The notes below the pieces were generated by a model, which had not been told where the DNA came from, did not search any database, and was given only the letters and a program-made list of their open reading frames with translations. From Ginglymostoma cirratum (Eukaryota), in assembly GCA_024137785.1 (NCBI GenBank), contig JAHRHZ010000289.1:20706512-20770511 (forward strand): DNA of 64,000 nucleotides, read 5' to 3'. The position numbers were made by a program, and so were the translations under genes. Below are positions 13,031-24,680 of this stretch, piece by piece (the first letter of the stretch is position 1; every line of letters begins with the position of its first letter).

Positions 13031-13589
13031 TAACTCCTCAATCCTACATTCCAAAGCAGACTTCACTTCCCTGTGAATTGCCATCTTTCGTTGATAGCCT
13101 ATTCTCTCTAATTTTCAAAGACATGTTTGTTTACTGTATGTTCCTTTTAACATGACTGACTCCAGTGTGAGCTTTTGCTCAAAACTGCCAAGCCTCATCA
13201 AAGAAACATGAAGTTCTCGGCCTTAACTAAGTCATTCCTCCTGCTCAGTTAAAATGAACAACCATAATGAGCATGAATGAAAGCTGGAATGTTAAATTTT
13301 CTTTCATTATCATTATTCAGATATGCTGTCTGAAATAAAATTCATGCCTTTCATCTCTGTTGTCTTAGGAAATTAACCCCTATGACGTAAACCACTGCTC
13401 AAATGCATGTTTTAAAATAATTCATTTCCAAATTACAATTGGTAGGACAGTCTTTACTATTGTTGGACTGCAAGATATTTTATTTATTTTACTTTTATTA
13501 TTATTATACATCCTTTTAAAGCTTGAGTAGTGAATAATACCCTGTGCACTATAGAAATTTACAATGTTTGCTTTCTGCTGCTGCTTCAA

Positions 13590-14702
13590 GCTAGCCAACA
13601 TGGTGCACTATCCCGCCTCAACCTATGGACTTTGATAAGGTTGACCACATCACACTCTTCCAAACTTTATCCCTTGTTGTCCCTTGCTGCCTAGCACTGC
13701 CTTTGGTCTACTTTTACATATCTAATTGCATCGGGAAAATCCTTTGTGAAGGGTTATTTTCCTATCACTGTAGTCTCATAGCTTGAGTCCTATAAGATTC
13801 TATCCTCTATGCATTCTTCATTTACAACCCGTGCCTTAGCTCATCATCCAATGACATGATGTCAGATTTCATATCAGTAGCAATGGTGACGAGCTGGTCT
13901 ATTTTTCTATCTCACTCGATTGTTCAGCTATCCCTGGGTTTGTCAGCCTGCTATCTAACAGCCAATACTGAATAAATCTCAATTCCTTCAGTTGAAAAGA
14001 TCTAAATCATTGTCTTCAGCTGGTCCCTGACATGCTGTTTCCTCACCAGTGATTTAATTTTGCAGTCTTGGCATTTTATTTAACTCTGAACTGAATCTTA
14101 CTCAAAAAAACATTTGTTTCTGTCTCTGTAAAGCTGTCTGTCTCCATTCATGTTAGCTTATCTGATCCTGAAAACCTCCACTTTTTATCTTCTTCCAGAT
14201 CTGTCTATTCCGTTCTCCGCTGGTTGACATCCCATCCTATACTTTCCATGCTCCCAAAGATCATTCAAAGCTTATATCCCTGTTAACTCCAAGTGGCACT
14301 CAGCTATCATGCCATGCTCACTTTCTTTGATTGGTTCCTATTCATTTCAAATGTAATATCTTTGTGTTCAAAACCATTCGGTCCTAACTCTGCAAAATCC
14401 TCTATTCTGTCAGGAAATCAAAGGAAATTCCTAAGGAAATTCCAAGGAATGGGCACGTCGATAACCTTGATCTACTTTGAATCCCAACACTCTTTACTTT
14501 ACCAGTATGACTATGCCTCAGTCATTAAAGCCAAAGTATTAACATTCCCTCTGGAAATGTCCTCAACTTTACAGTCCTCTTGTTAAAGTCTTCCTTAATC
14601 TTCAATCAATTTTTAAATTTGATTATTTCTCATCTATGCTTCTGTGAAACACTTTGGGGTCATCTCCCTGTATAAATAGCTGCTACATAAATGCATGTTG
14701 AT
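13590..14702 (+). mobile_element. L2 LINE 3' fragment (old)
   Basis: Decayed RT motif FDKVDHITL (~13630) and a typical L2 tail tgtgaaacactttgggg...gctacataaatgcatgttg. Confidence 0.65.
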
Positions 14703-14782
14703 TTTCGTTTGGCTCTGTAGATGTTCAATGACAAACATACAAGCAAGAAACTGGTACAGATCAAAACGACTGGGAGGTGCAG

Positions 14783-15990
14783 TCGTTCAACGCATCATCC
14801 TCCACCACTTCGGCTACCTGCAATCTGACCCCACTACCAAGGACATTTTTCCCACCCCACCCTTATCTGCCTCCCGGAGGGACCGCTCTCTCCGTGACTC
14901 CCTTGTCCGCTCCAAACTCCCCACCAGCCCCACCACACCCGGCACTTATCCCCGCAACCGCAGGAAGTGCTACACCTGCCCCTTCACCTCCCCCCTCACC
15001 CCCATCCCAGGCCCCAAGAAAACCTCCCACATTAAACAGATGTTCACCTGCACATCTGCTAATGTGATATGACAAGGTGTAGAGCTGGATGAACACAGCA
15101 GACCAAGCAGCATCAGAGGAGCAGGAAAGCTGACATTTCGGGCCTAGACCCTTCTTCATACTGTATCTGCTGTCCCCGACGTGGCTTCGTCTACATCAGG
15201 GAAACCAAGCGGAGGCTTGGAGACCACCTTGTGGCGCACCTACACTCGGTTCGTGACAAACGACTGCACCTCGCAGTCGCGAACCATTTCAACTCCCCCT
15301 CCCATTCCTTAGACAACATGTCTATCCTGGGCCTCCTCTAGTGCCACAATGATGCCACCTGAAGGTTGCAGGAACAGCACCTCATATTTCGCTTGGGAAC
15401 CCTGCAGCCCAATAGTATCAATGTGGACTTCACAAGCTTCAAAATCTCCCTGCCCCCGACCACATCCCAAAACCAGCCCAGCTCATCCCCACCTCCCTGA
15501 CCTGTCCATCTTTTCTCCCACCTATTCACTCCTCTCACCTCAACACCCACCCCCACCTCCTACCTATCAGCGTCATCCCTGCCTCCTTGTTCTGTCCATC
15601 TTCCCTTGACTGACCTAGCCCCATCCTAACTCCCCACCTACACTCACCTTTACTGGCTCCATCCCCACCTCCCTGACCTGTCCATCTTTTCTCCCACCTA
15701 TCCGCTCCTCCCACCTAAACCCCCACCCCATCTCCTACCTACCAGCCTCATCCCCACTTCCTTGACCTGTCTGTCTTACACTTGACTGACCAACCCCCAT
15801 CCCAACTCCCTATGTCCACTCACCTTTATTGGCTCCATCCCCACCTCCTTGACCTGTCCATCTCCTCTCCACCTATCTGCTCTTTTATCCATCTTCCATC
15901 CACCTCCCTCTCTCTATTCATTTCAGAATCCACTTGCCCTCACCCATTTTTGGAGAAGCATCCAGACCCAAAACATCAGCTTTCCTGCTC
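14783..15990 (+). mobile_element. Neptune-type PLE 3' fragment (linker, GIY-YIG, 3' UTR)
   Basis: QRIILHHFGYLQSDPTTKDIF..RNRRKCYTCP (ORF 14695..15072); same family as 51225-52342. Interrupted at 15071-15157. Decayed HHR at ~15945-15985. Confidence 0.9.
15071..15157 (-). mobile_element. 87-bp PLE-terminus/HHR mini-element inserted in a PLE endonuclease region
   Basis: Host gtgatat|actgtatc is split by gacaaggtgtagagc...cttcttc. The minus strand reads GAAGA-A-GGGTCTAGGCCC-GAAA-TGTC-AGC. Confidence 0.8.
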
Positions 15991-16025
15991 TGTACCTTGT
16001 TATTAGGATCCCCACAGTGTGGAAA

Positions 16026-16330
16026 GACCATAAGACGTAGGAGTGGAAGTAAGGCCCTTCAGCCCAACAAGTCCACACCAAACCTTGGAGTATCCCAACT
16101 ACACCTGTCCCCTTGTAACCCACCTAATCTACACATCCCCTGAACACTACAGGCAATTTAGCATGGCCAATCCACCTAACCTGCACATCTTTGGACTTTG
16201 GGGGGAAACGGGAGCAAACCCACGCAGACACAGGGAGAATGTGCAAACTCCACACAGACAGTCACCCAAGGCCGGAATTGAACCTGGGTCCCTGGTGCTG
16301 TGAGGCAGCAGTGCTAACCACCGTGCCACC
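16026..16330 (-). mobile_element. HE1-type tRNA-derived V-SINE
   Basis: Minus strand has a tRNA-like head (ggtggcacggtggttagcactgctgcctcacagcaccagggacccaggttcaattcc, A/B boxes), a V-domain (tgtctgtgtggagtttgcacattctccc) and a CR1-derived tail. Confidence 0.9.
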
Positions 16331-17421
16331 TCAGGTTATAACACAGATAACTTTTGGTATAAAGAATTTACATGAGCAAGCTCAAAAATTCTTACATATT
16401 AAATATGTAGCAAAATCTAGGCAAAAATACTATACACAAATGTGTATGTTTTAACAGCACTGATTATTTTAAGCTATACCTCTTTTTTTTTTTACTTATG
16501 CCATCAATTTAGCAGTGGAGCCCATTCTTCTATTTAAATGCGCTGCATTTTTAAATAATGCCAATGCATTTAATGAGTTCAGCATAAACTCTTCAAACAA
16601 AGATTTCACATATTTTTCTAATAAGATGGTTGTTCTCTGTGTGATATTATATTTGAGGTTTATGACATACAATCCAGACTCACTGGAATCATGTTATGGA
16701 CAATACAAGTTTGGGTTTTAGAAATAGCTTTCCCCTCTTTGTCAGTCCCATTATAGCCAATTCACATTACTGGAACATGTGTTATAGGAGAACCCCCTGT
16801 ATCATGTAGTGTAACTCCTAATTTGGGCAATCAGCAAGATTTACAAGAAAGGAATGGGTATTTGTCTCTGTGATAGTAAACAAAATCCAAAGCTGGTCCT
16901 AGGAGTGCGGTGTAGGTGAGTGTTGCATTAGGGGGAGTGTGAAGTGGAAGAAGTTGTGGATATGAATGGTTGCCAAACCTGTTTGGACAAATTCCTTGAG
17001 GTTTCATCACTTCAACCTCTCCACCTTCTCTATCACCAGCTCCACCACTGGTTACCTGAGGCTCCTACTTTCATAACAGACCCCTCAAGTCAAGAGAACT
17101 GATTATTCAAAAACCAACTGGAAGGGTGTTATGCAGACTTTTCCCTGTGCCAAGTACTTTTCCAGCTAATTAATGAAAATTTTCAAAGAAAATAGACAGA
17201 AAATTAGTAAAGATCCTGTCGTCCTTCACCTTGGTTTCTTGCAGCAGTGTCATGGAGATTAAATATTCATTCATGGAAAATCCAGAAAACAGCAAGAATG
17301 TAGGTGACTGGGTGTGTGCATTAGAGAGGGAGTGAATATGGTTGCTGTCAGTCCTTCTAGCAGCAGGACAAAGCATTGGCTGCCAGTTCCAACCACTCCA
17401 CTGCTAGAGAATCTCAATGCG

Positions 17422-17546
17422 AAATATGGATGCTGGATATCTGAAATAGAAATGGAAAATGGTGTAAGCATTCTTAACAGATCTGGCAGCATTCGTGGTG
17501 GGAGAACGAGAACTAACATTTCAGGTTGATGACCTTTCATCAGAGT
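17422..17546 (-). mobile_element. Single-arm PLE-terminus mini-element headed by an HHR
   Basis: The minus strand starts at the HHR and continues with the PLE terminus (..atgctgccagatctg..tttcagatatccagcatcc). Confidence 0.7.
17512..17546 (-). ncRNA. Minimal hammerhead ribozyme motif
   Basis: ACT-CTGATGA-A-AGGT(CATCA)ACCT-GAAA-TGTT-AGT. Stem I is ACT/AGT, stem II is AGGT/ACCT. Confidence 0.65.
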
Positions 17547-17596
17547 GAGTATTTCTAGTTTTACTTACATTTTGGCTAGGCAGGAATGTATGTACA

Positions 17597-17965
17597 TAGA
17601 ATATAGAATATCGAACTGTACAGCATGGAATGGCCCCTTCAGCTCACAATGTTGCGCCAAACGTGACGCCAAATTAAACTAATCCCTTCTGCCTGCCCTT
17701 GGTCCACATCCCTCTATTCCTTTCATATTCATGTGCTTACCTAAAAGTGTCTTAAATGCCTTAATGAATCTGCCTCCACCACCACATCTGGCAGCATGTT
17801 CCAGACTCCTACCACTCTCTGAATAAAAAACCTACCCCTCATATCTCTCTTGAACTTTTCCCCTCTCACCTTAAATGCATGCCTCCTAGTTTTAGACATT
17901 TCAAGTCTGGAGAAAAGATTCTGACTGTCAACCCTATCAATGCATCTCATAATTCTCATAATGCA
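17597..17965 (-). mobile_element. CR1/HER1 LINE 3' end
   Basis: ORF 17741..17980 IMRCIDRVDSQNLFSRLEMSKTRRHAFKVRGEKFKRDMRGRFFIQRVVGVWNMLP; terminal (atagaat)n microsatellite. Confidence 0.88.
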
Positions 17966-18139
17966 GTGGCATGATGACATCTAAGAATGTGAATCAGCCT
18001 TTATTCAATATCATTTCTTCTTTTTATTCATTAAATCATGGGGTTCAGATGTTTTTCTCTTCAGTACTACAGAGATGCACAGATATCTATCCTGAAAATA
18101 TTGAACTCTCAAAACTCTCAAATCAGCATCTTTATCTTA

Positions 18140-18270
18140 CGAAAGGTCATGAGCTGAAGTTAACACTGTGTTTCTCTCTCCACAGACCGAGCCTGGCTTG
18201 CTAAGAACAATACATCCAGCATTTTCTGATTTTATTTCAGATTTCCATCATCCACAGATTTTAGCTTTTT
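18140..18270 (+). mobile_element. Decayed PLE-terminus mini-element
   Basis: gaaaggtcatgagctgaagttaacactgtgtttctctctccacaga...tttcagatttccatcatccacag matches the HHR-headed terminus; the core is broken. Confidence 0.55.
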
Positions 18271-19232
18271 GACCATTTTATTTATTGAATACTGTTGTTT
18301 AATCATTAATTTCTCAGTTTGACAATGGAGAGACTTTCAAACAAGAAAACTTCCAATATGAGCTTTTCCTACCAAGAGTTTACATCACAAAGATTCCATG
18401 AAGTAAAGCAATTCTTTCACATCAGTTGCACAAGATCCTATTTAGTTCTGTTATTGATTTAGATTTTTTTCAATCTGCCTTAGCTTTTCTGTGACTTCCA
18501 GTCGGTGAGGCAGTCATACAGTTGATGGATGACCAGTGCAGATGTAACATGGACAGGTTATTCCCTGCTGGGGATGAGAGAGAATTTTGAGTTACAGCGT
18601 TCAAGAAGGTTGGAGTGATGAATTATCTTAATTCCACACAAATACTGGGGAAGATAGTGTATGCACTAAGTATACGCTCGTAATATTTGAACTTTTTTTA
18701 TTATTGTTACATTCAGTATGTAGAAACAATTGCCCCTAGAGTTTCACTTGCCATGAGAAAAACTCCACAAAAGTCTAAGTGGGTCATACATTTTCAATTA
18801 AAACTATGGTGACCTCTTGTCCCTTTCCGGATAAATGAGGCATAGTTCACCCAGTACGGGAAAATAGCATCCGAGAAATCGATTTTTCCTATCCCTCACT
18901 ATTGTCTGTCTGCCCTGCAGGTGAAAGAAGGAATTTCTAAGGATTAGATCAGGAATTGGGGAATTAGCTGATAATCACTTGTACAGGATTCTGCCTATGT
19001 CAGGCTGTTAATTTATAAGTCTGTTCCTACACCAGTTCTTATGTGTTAGCAAGGAACTCTTTGACTGGGCTGGTTTTGCCATCAAGGCCTGATCCAATGC
19101 CCGGATTGCAGCTAAAGGGTTCTTTTGCTTTTACTCTAGTTTTTATTCTTTGCCATAGTTTGATACAACTGTGTGGCTTGATGCACCATTTTGGAAAGCA
19201 ACATTTATAATCAATTGGTGCTCATTGCATAA

Positions 19233-20138
19233 TGACCTGGAATTTCCAATCGCCTGACAGTTGTTATTTCAGGGAATTGTATGTGGGGAGCTTTCACGGC
19301 AAACTCCAAACAAATGGCTAAGGAGATGGAAATTTCTGCTGGGAAATTTCCCATGCCTGGAATCCTCTGAAAGTCTCAGTATTAAATCGGAGAATTCGGA
19401 AGATTCCAATGAAATTAACTAAATAGTCACTTAGAAGAAGCTGAACTGTTAAATGCATATCCTACCTCATGTTTGACTGGTCAACTGACTTCATATTTAT
19501 AACACCTGACTGCAACTAGACCTCTGCCTGATCACTTACACTCTTCAGACCCTGACCTAAGCCCCCTTCCACAACTCTGCAGCTGACTCATCTCCCAACG
19601 CCTCTGGACTGCACCCTCTCTTGACCCTGCTCCATACGCAAACCCCTTCTCCCCCTCTGGATATATTCCCCCTTCCCCTGCCCTCAGATTGGATCTCCAC
19701 AGTACCACCAGACTCATCACACACCTCAGACCTGACTCTCACCCTCAATGCCCCCTGCCAGACCAGATCTTTAAGTCTACCCCAACCTACTCTAAGTACT
19801 GCATTACTTACCAAGCCCATTGCCACCTTGCACGCTGACATTCTAACCACTTGGTGCTTTATCCTTTCCAACCCTGACACCTTCTACACCTGGCACCCTA
19901 GCTCCTACCCAGCTGCCAGTTCTGAGGAAGGGTCACCACACCTGAAAAGTTAACTCTGATTTTTTTCTTCACCAGACCTGCTGAGCTTTTCCAGCAACTT
20001 TTGTTTTTGTGTCAGTTTGCTTATCTGGCTCTCCATAATGAAAATTCTGTCCTTGCCAGCACTTTCCCCAAAGGCAGTGGGCTGGACCAGGAATTTTCCC
20101 AAATTGCAGTATCTGAAATAAGGGTGAAAATCCAGACT
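19233..20138. mobile_element. Non-autonomous TIR (Harbinger-like) element with a C-rich interior
   Basis: Ends gacctggaatttcc / gaaaatccagact are roughly inverted. Start and interior are homologous to 34768-34810 plus 37115-38060. Confidence 0.45.
19917..20010 (+). mobile_element. HHR-headed PLE-terminus mini-element (no tail)
   Basis: AGTT-CTGAGGA-A-GGGT(CACCAC)ACCT-GAAA-AGTT-AACT (19918-19955), then ccagacctgctgagcttttccagcaacttttg. Confidence 0.75.
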
Positions 20139-20559
20139 ATCAGAGCTGATGTTTGGACTTAAGCAAAATTTGTCCCTTATCTCTTAATCTGTTACTTTAC
20201 ACCACATGATGTTAACATAGCTATGCCATGATATACCCTAAAGTTTTTTTATTCAAGTGACATTCCCAAATGATGATATGAAACCTTTAAATCCTACTGA
20301 CAGAATTTAACAGCCATTGAGAAATTGAAGCAGCAAGTTCTAACAAGATAATCATTGTATGTAAAGAACAAAGCAATTTAGCTGATCAATTCTGCACTTA
20401 GACAATATTTAACTTGATTTAATTGGGCATTCAGATTGTTACAGGACAGAGAATTTATGTAGGCGGATTGTGTATATTTCAAGCACTAGCCTGCAACAGA
20501 GACTTGTTATGTATTTTACTTTTAAATTATTAGATATTAAATAGAAATTATAAAAAAAA

Positions 20560-21331
20560 TCATTTGCTGGATGTGGGCTTCTTTGTCAAGGCCATCTTTT
20601 ATTGCGCATTATTATTGCCCTGTAGAAGGGTGTGGTGAGGTTCCTTTTTTAACAGTTCAGTGCCTGGTGGATAGGTACATCCAGAGTGCAGATAGGAGGG
20701 GAATTCCAGGATGTTGAGCCAACAACAGTAAAGGAACAGAAATATATTTCCAAGTTAGGATCGCATGCGACTTGCAGAAGTTGCAAGTGGTGGTGCTCCC
20801 CTGTGTCTGATGCCCTTATCCTTCCACGTAGTAGCAGTCAGGGTTTGGAAGGTGCTGACAAAGGAGACTTAGTGAGTTGTTACAGTTCATCTTGGAGATA
20901 ATACACATTGCTGCCACTGTGCATCGGTGGTGGAGAGGGTGAATATTGAAGGCGGTGAATGGTGCAACAATCAACTGGGTTGCTGTGACCGGGATAGTGC
21001 TGAGCTTCCTGACTGTTGTTGGAGTTGTGCTCCTCTGGGCAAGTGAAGAATATTTCATCACACCCCTGACTTGTGCCATGTATGTGATGGATAGGCTTTG
21101 AAGAGTCCAGGAATAAGTTGCTTGCTGAAGAATTCTGAGCCATTGATCTGATTGTAGCCGTAATGTTTGTAGGCTGGTCCAGATCAGTTTCTGATCAATG
21201 GCAACACCTAAAATGTCAACAGGGATTCAACAATAATAATGTGATTGAATGTCAAGGAGTGATGGTTAAATTCTCTTTTGTTGGAAATTGTCATTGCATA
21301 ACATTTGTGCAGTGTGAATGTTACTTGCCAC
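20560..21331 (-). mobile_element. CR1-group LINE, second family: left part of an interrupted copy
   Basis: ORF 20816..21079 AQVRGVMKYSSLAQRSTTPTTVRKLSTI..NIHPLHHRCTVAAMC; the copy resumes at 22843. Confidence 0.8.
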
Positions 21332-22839
21332 ATGAAATTGGATAAATCTGCAAGACATCATCAGGTGTACGCTGTAATTCTGTGGGAAGCTAGGGAAGTG
21401 ATTTCTGGACCCATTGCTGAGATATTTGTATCATCAATAGCCACAGGTGAGATGGGTGGTAGCCTGGAGGTTGGCTAACATGGTGCCACTATTTAAGAAA
21501 TGTGGTAAGGAAAAGCCAGGGAACTATCAACCAGTGAGCCTGAAATTGGTGGTGGGCAAATTGTTGGAGGGGATTCTGATGGACAGGATATACATGTATT
21601 TGGAAAGGCAAGGACTGATTAGGGATAATCAACATGACTTTGTGCATGGGAATCATGTCTCACTAACTTCATTCAGTTTTTTGAAGAAGTAGAGGATTGA
21701 TGAGGGCAGAGTGGGGAACGTGATCTATATGGACTTGAGTAAGGTTATCGACGAGGTTCCTCATCATAGACTGGTTAGCAAGAATACAGGGAGAACTAGG
21801 CATTTGGACACAGAACTGGCTCAAAGGTAGAAGACAGAAGGTGGTGGTGGAGGGTTGCTTTTCAGGAGGCCTGTGACCCGTAGTGTGTCACAAGTATAGG
21901 AGTTAGGTCCACTGCTTTTTGTCATTTATATAAATGTTTTGGATATGAACATAGACGTATGGTTAGTATGTTTGCAGATAACACCAAAAATAGGAGGTGT
22001 GGTGGACAGCAAAGAAGGTTATTTCAGAGTACAGTGGGATCTTGATCAGATGGGCCAATGAGCTAAGGAGTGGCAGATGGAGTTCAATTTGGATAAGAGT
22101 GATGTGCTGCGTTTTGGAAAGACAAATCAGGGCAGGACATATACACTTGATAGTAAGATCCTGGGGAGTGTTGCTGAACAAAGAGACCTTGGAGTACAGG
22201 TTTGTAGTTCCTTGAAAGTGGTGTCACAGGTAGTTAGGATAGTGAAGAAGGCATTTCGTATGCATGCCTTTCTTGGCCAGTGCATTGAGTATAGGAGTTG
22301 GGAGATCATGTTGCAGCTGTACAGGACATTGGTTAGACCATTTTTGGAATACTGCATTAAATTCTGGTCTCCCTGCTATAGGAAGGATGTTGTGAAACTT
22401 GAAAGGGTTCAGAAAAGATTTACAAGGAATCCCTGTTGCCAGGGTGGGAGGGTTTGAGCTGTAGGGAGAGGTTGAATAGGCTGGGGCTATTTTCTCTGGA
22501 GTGTCAGAGACTGAGGGGTGACCTTACAATGGCATATAAAATAATGAGGGGAACAGCCAAGGTATTTTCCCCAGGGTCGGGGAGTCCAAAACTAAAGGAC
22601 ATAGGAGAAAAATTTAAAAAGGGTCTAAGGGGCAACTTTTTCATACAGTGGATGGTGTGTGTATAGAATGAGCTGCCAGAGGCATTTAAAAAGCTGGATA
22701 GGTATATGAATAGGAATGGTTTAGAGGAATACAGGCCAAACACTGGCAAATGGGACTAGGTTAACTTAGGTTGTCAGCTCGGCATGAATGAATTGGACCA
22801 AAGGGTCTGTATCCATGCTGTACAGCTCTATGGCTCTAT
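21332..22839 (+). mobile_element. CR1/HER1 LINE RT and 3' end, nested in an older LINE
   Basis: WRLANMVPLFKKCGKEKPGNYQPVSL, VIYMDLSK, SMFADNTKI, LYRTLVRPFLEYCIKFWSP; CR1 3' tail ctctatggctctat. Confidence 0.93.
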
Positions 22840-22842
22840 CAT

Positions 22843-23310
22843 ACTTACTAGTGTAAGCCTGAATGTTGCTCAGGTCTTGCTGCATTTGAACATAGACAAT
22901 TTCAATTCCTAAAGAGTTCGAATGATGCAAAACTATGTGCAATTATTAGGAAATGTCCCATCTCTGATCTTATGGTGGACTGAATGTCATTAATGAGGCA
23001 GTTGAAGCTGATTGGCCTCTTGTGATGTAGGATTAATGAACCTACTTCTGACCTTGGAGGCCTGTGTTCAAGTCCCACCTACTTCAGGTGTTTGTAATAA
23101 GATTTCTGGAAGGGTTTGTTGTAAAAGACCTATCCTGAGGAACTCCTGCAGTGATGTCCTTTAGCTGAAATGATTGATTCCCAATAAACACAACAATCAT
23201 TCTCTGTTTTAGATATAACATCAACCAACAGAAATCTGATTCCCATTGACTTCAGTTTTGCTAAGGCTGAATGATACCAAAATTGGTCAAATGCTGCATT
23301 GGTATCAAGG
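22843..23310 (-). mobile_element. CR1-group LINE, second family: right part of the interrupted copy
   Basis: Continues the host sequence (aagcctgaatgttgctcaggtcttgc); minus strand LDTNAAFDQFWY is an RT motif. Confidence 0.75.
23018..23128 (+). mobile_element. Short tRNA-derived SINE fragment
   Basis: B-box-like gtgttcaagtccc; homologous to 46520-46664 on the minus strand; interrupts the LINE. Confidence 0.55.
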
Positions 23311-23460
23311 AAAATTATCCTTACATGTGTTCCTGAAAATAGAGAATACAAGGATGAATGAAAGTTAAATGTAATAAATGGCATTGTTTCTATCAGTGAA
23401 TGATTTTCTTTTTGTTTTTCAATGTACATTTACAAAGTTAATTTCACTTCATTTCAGCAT

Positions 23461-23592
23461 AATCAGAAGTCATTTGACACCAGGTTATAGTCCAACATGT
23501 TTATTTGAAATCACATGCTTTTGGAGCTATAACCTGGTGTCATGTGACTTCTGACTTTGTCCACTCAAGTTCAACACTGGCACCTCCACATC
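23461..23592. mobile_element. Palindromic terminus mini-element, probably from another PLE family
   Basis: tcagaagtcatttgacaccaggttatag (23463-23490) is inverted relative to ctataacctggtgtcatgtgacttctga (23527-23554). Only a remnant (ctccaaaagc, minus strand) of an HHR 3' half is left. Confidence 0.6.
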
Positions 23593-23948
23593 ATCACAGC
23601 ATGGCTTTTAACATCAGCCCTTGGTGGCTATTAGATGAAGTATAATGGTAGGTGTAAGAGCAAAGCATAGGGTTGGGTAAATAGTTAGAATGAGTTGGCA
23701 CTAATTAGACACTGAGAGATAAAGAGCCATGGAAGTTGGGTACAGAGGCATAGGTTGGAATGGACGGTATGAGTGATGTGTGGGTGAAAGGTATGAAGTG
23801 GCAAGTGGCACGTGGGGAGTGCTTTGAGAGAAGAGGTATCAGGGTCATTGTTAGGATTTTGTTTTTCTCTTCTTATAAAGTGCCAGTGCATTAATGCAGG
23901 CATTCTGGCTAACCCGACTGTTACTCAACAGCCTCTGTACTCTGTCAC

Positions 23949-24080
23949 AACTGAAAGAACTGTGGACGCTGTAAATCAGCGACTAAAACAGAAATTGCTG
24001 GAAAAGCTCAGCAGGTCTGGCAGCATCTGTGGAAAGAAATCACAATTAACATTTTGGGTCGAGTGACTCTTCCTCAGAAA
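23949..24080 (-). mobile_element. HHR-headed PLE-terminus mini-element with full tail
   Basis: Minus strand CTGAGGA-A-GAGTCACTCGACCC-AAAA-TGTT-AATT, followed by the same terminus as 4531-4668. Confidence 0.8.
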
Positions 24081-24517
24081 ACTTGAGGACTGCAACAATA
24101 TAGTAATGCAGGCATTCCAGTTAACTTCATTCTTACTCAACAGCCTCTGTACTCTATCCATCCCATTATCTCTCACAGCCCCCCGGAAGCAGGTCCAACT
24201 TTAAGGACCTTCTTTTTTAACCTGGATCAGACTTGTGGAATGAGGAATTGTCCCAACACTGGAAAATTCCAGCCTAATTGACAAAAAATGGCAGTTGATG
24301 CATTTCAAAAGGGAGCATGGACTTCAGTGCACCGCTGGTAAAAAATAAAATTTAACATCAATATGAAAATCAATATAAAATAACTGCCGGCTGTAGGATG
24401 AAGTGTTAAGAATACATGCTGAGCATGTACGTAAGGGGCTGTGTTGTAATGACGTTCATCATGTCAAACTGGGACCAGAGTCCAGAGGATTACGGGTAAG
24501 TCCTTTAGAGAGGAAGA

Positions 24518-24680
24518 AGTAAGAAATAGGAGCAGGAACTGGCCATTCAGCTCTTTAAACTTACTCTGCCATTCAATGAGATCATCACTGATCTTGTACT
24601 CCAGCTCCATTTTCTTGTACTATCCCCAAATTCATTTATGTTTTTTAACATGTACGTGCCATTTATCAGTGGCAGTTTTG
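24518..24680 (-). mobile_element. CR1 3' UTR fragment
   Basis: agtaagaaataggagcagg..ggccattcagc..gccattcaatgagatcat matches the CR1 tail at 10620-10700. Confidence 0.65.

Noticed and set aside
16255-16330. tRNA-like sequence
   Set aside because: It is the head of an HE1-type SINE, contiguous with the SINE body, not a tRNA gene.
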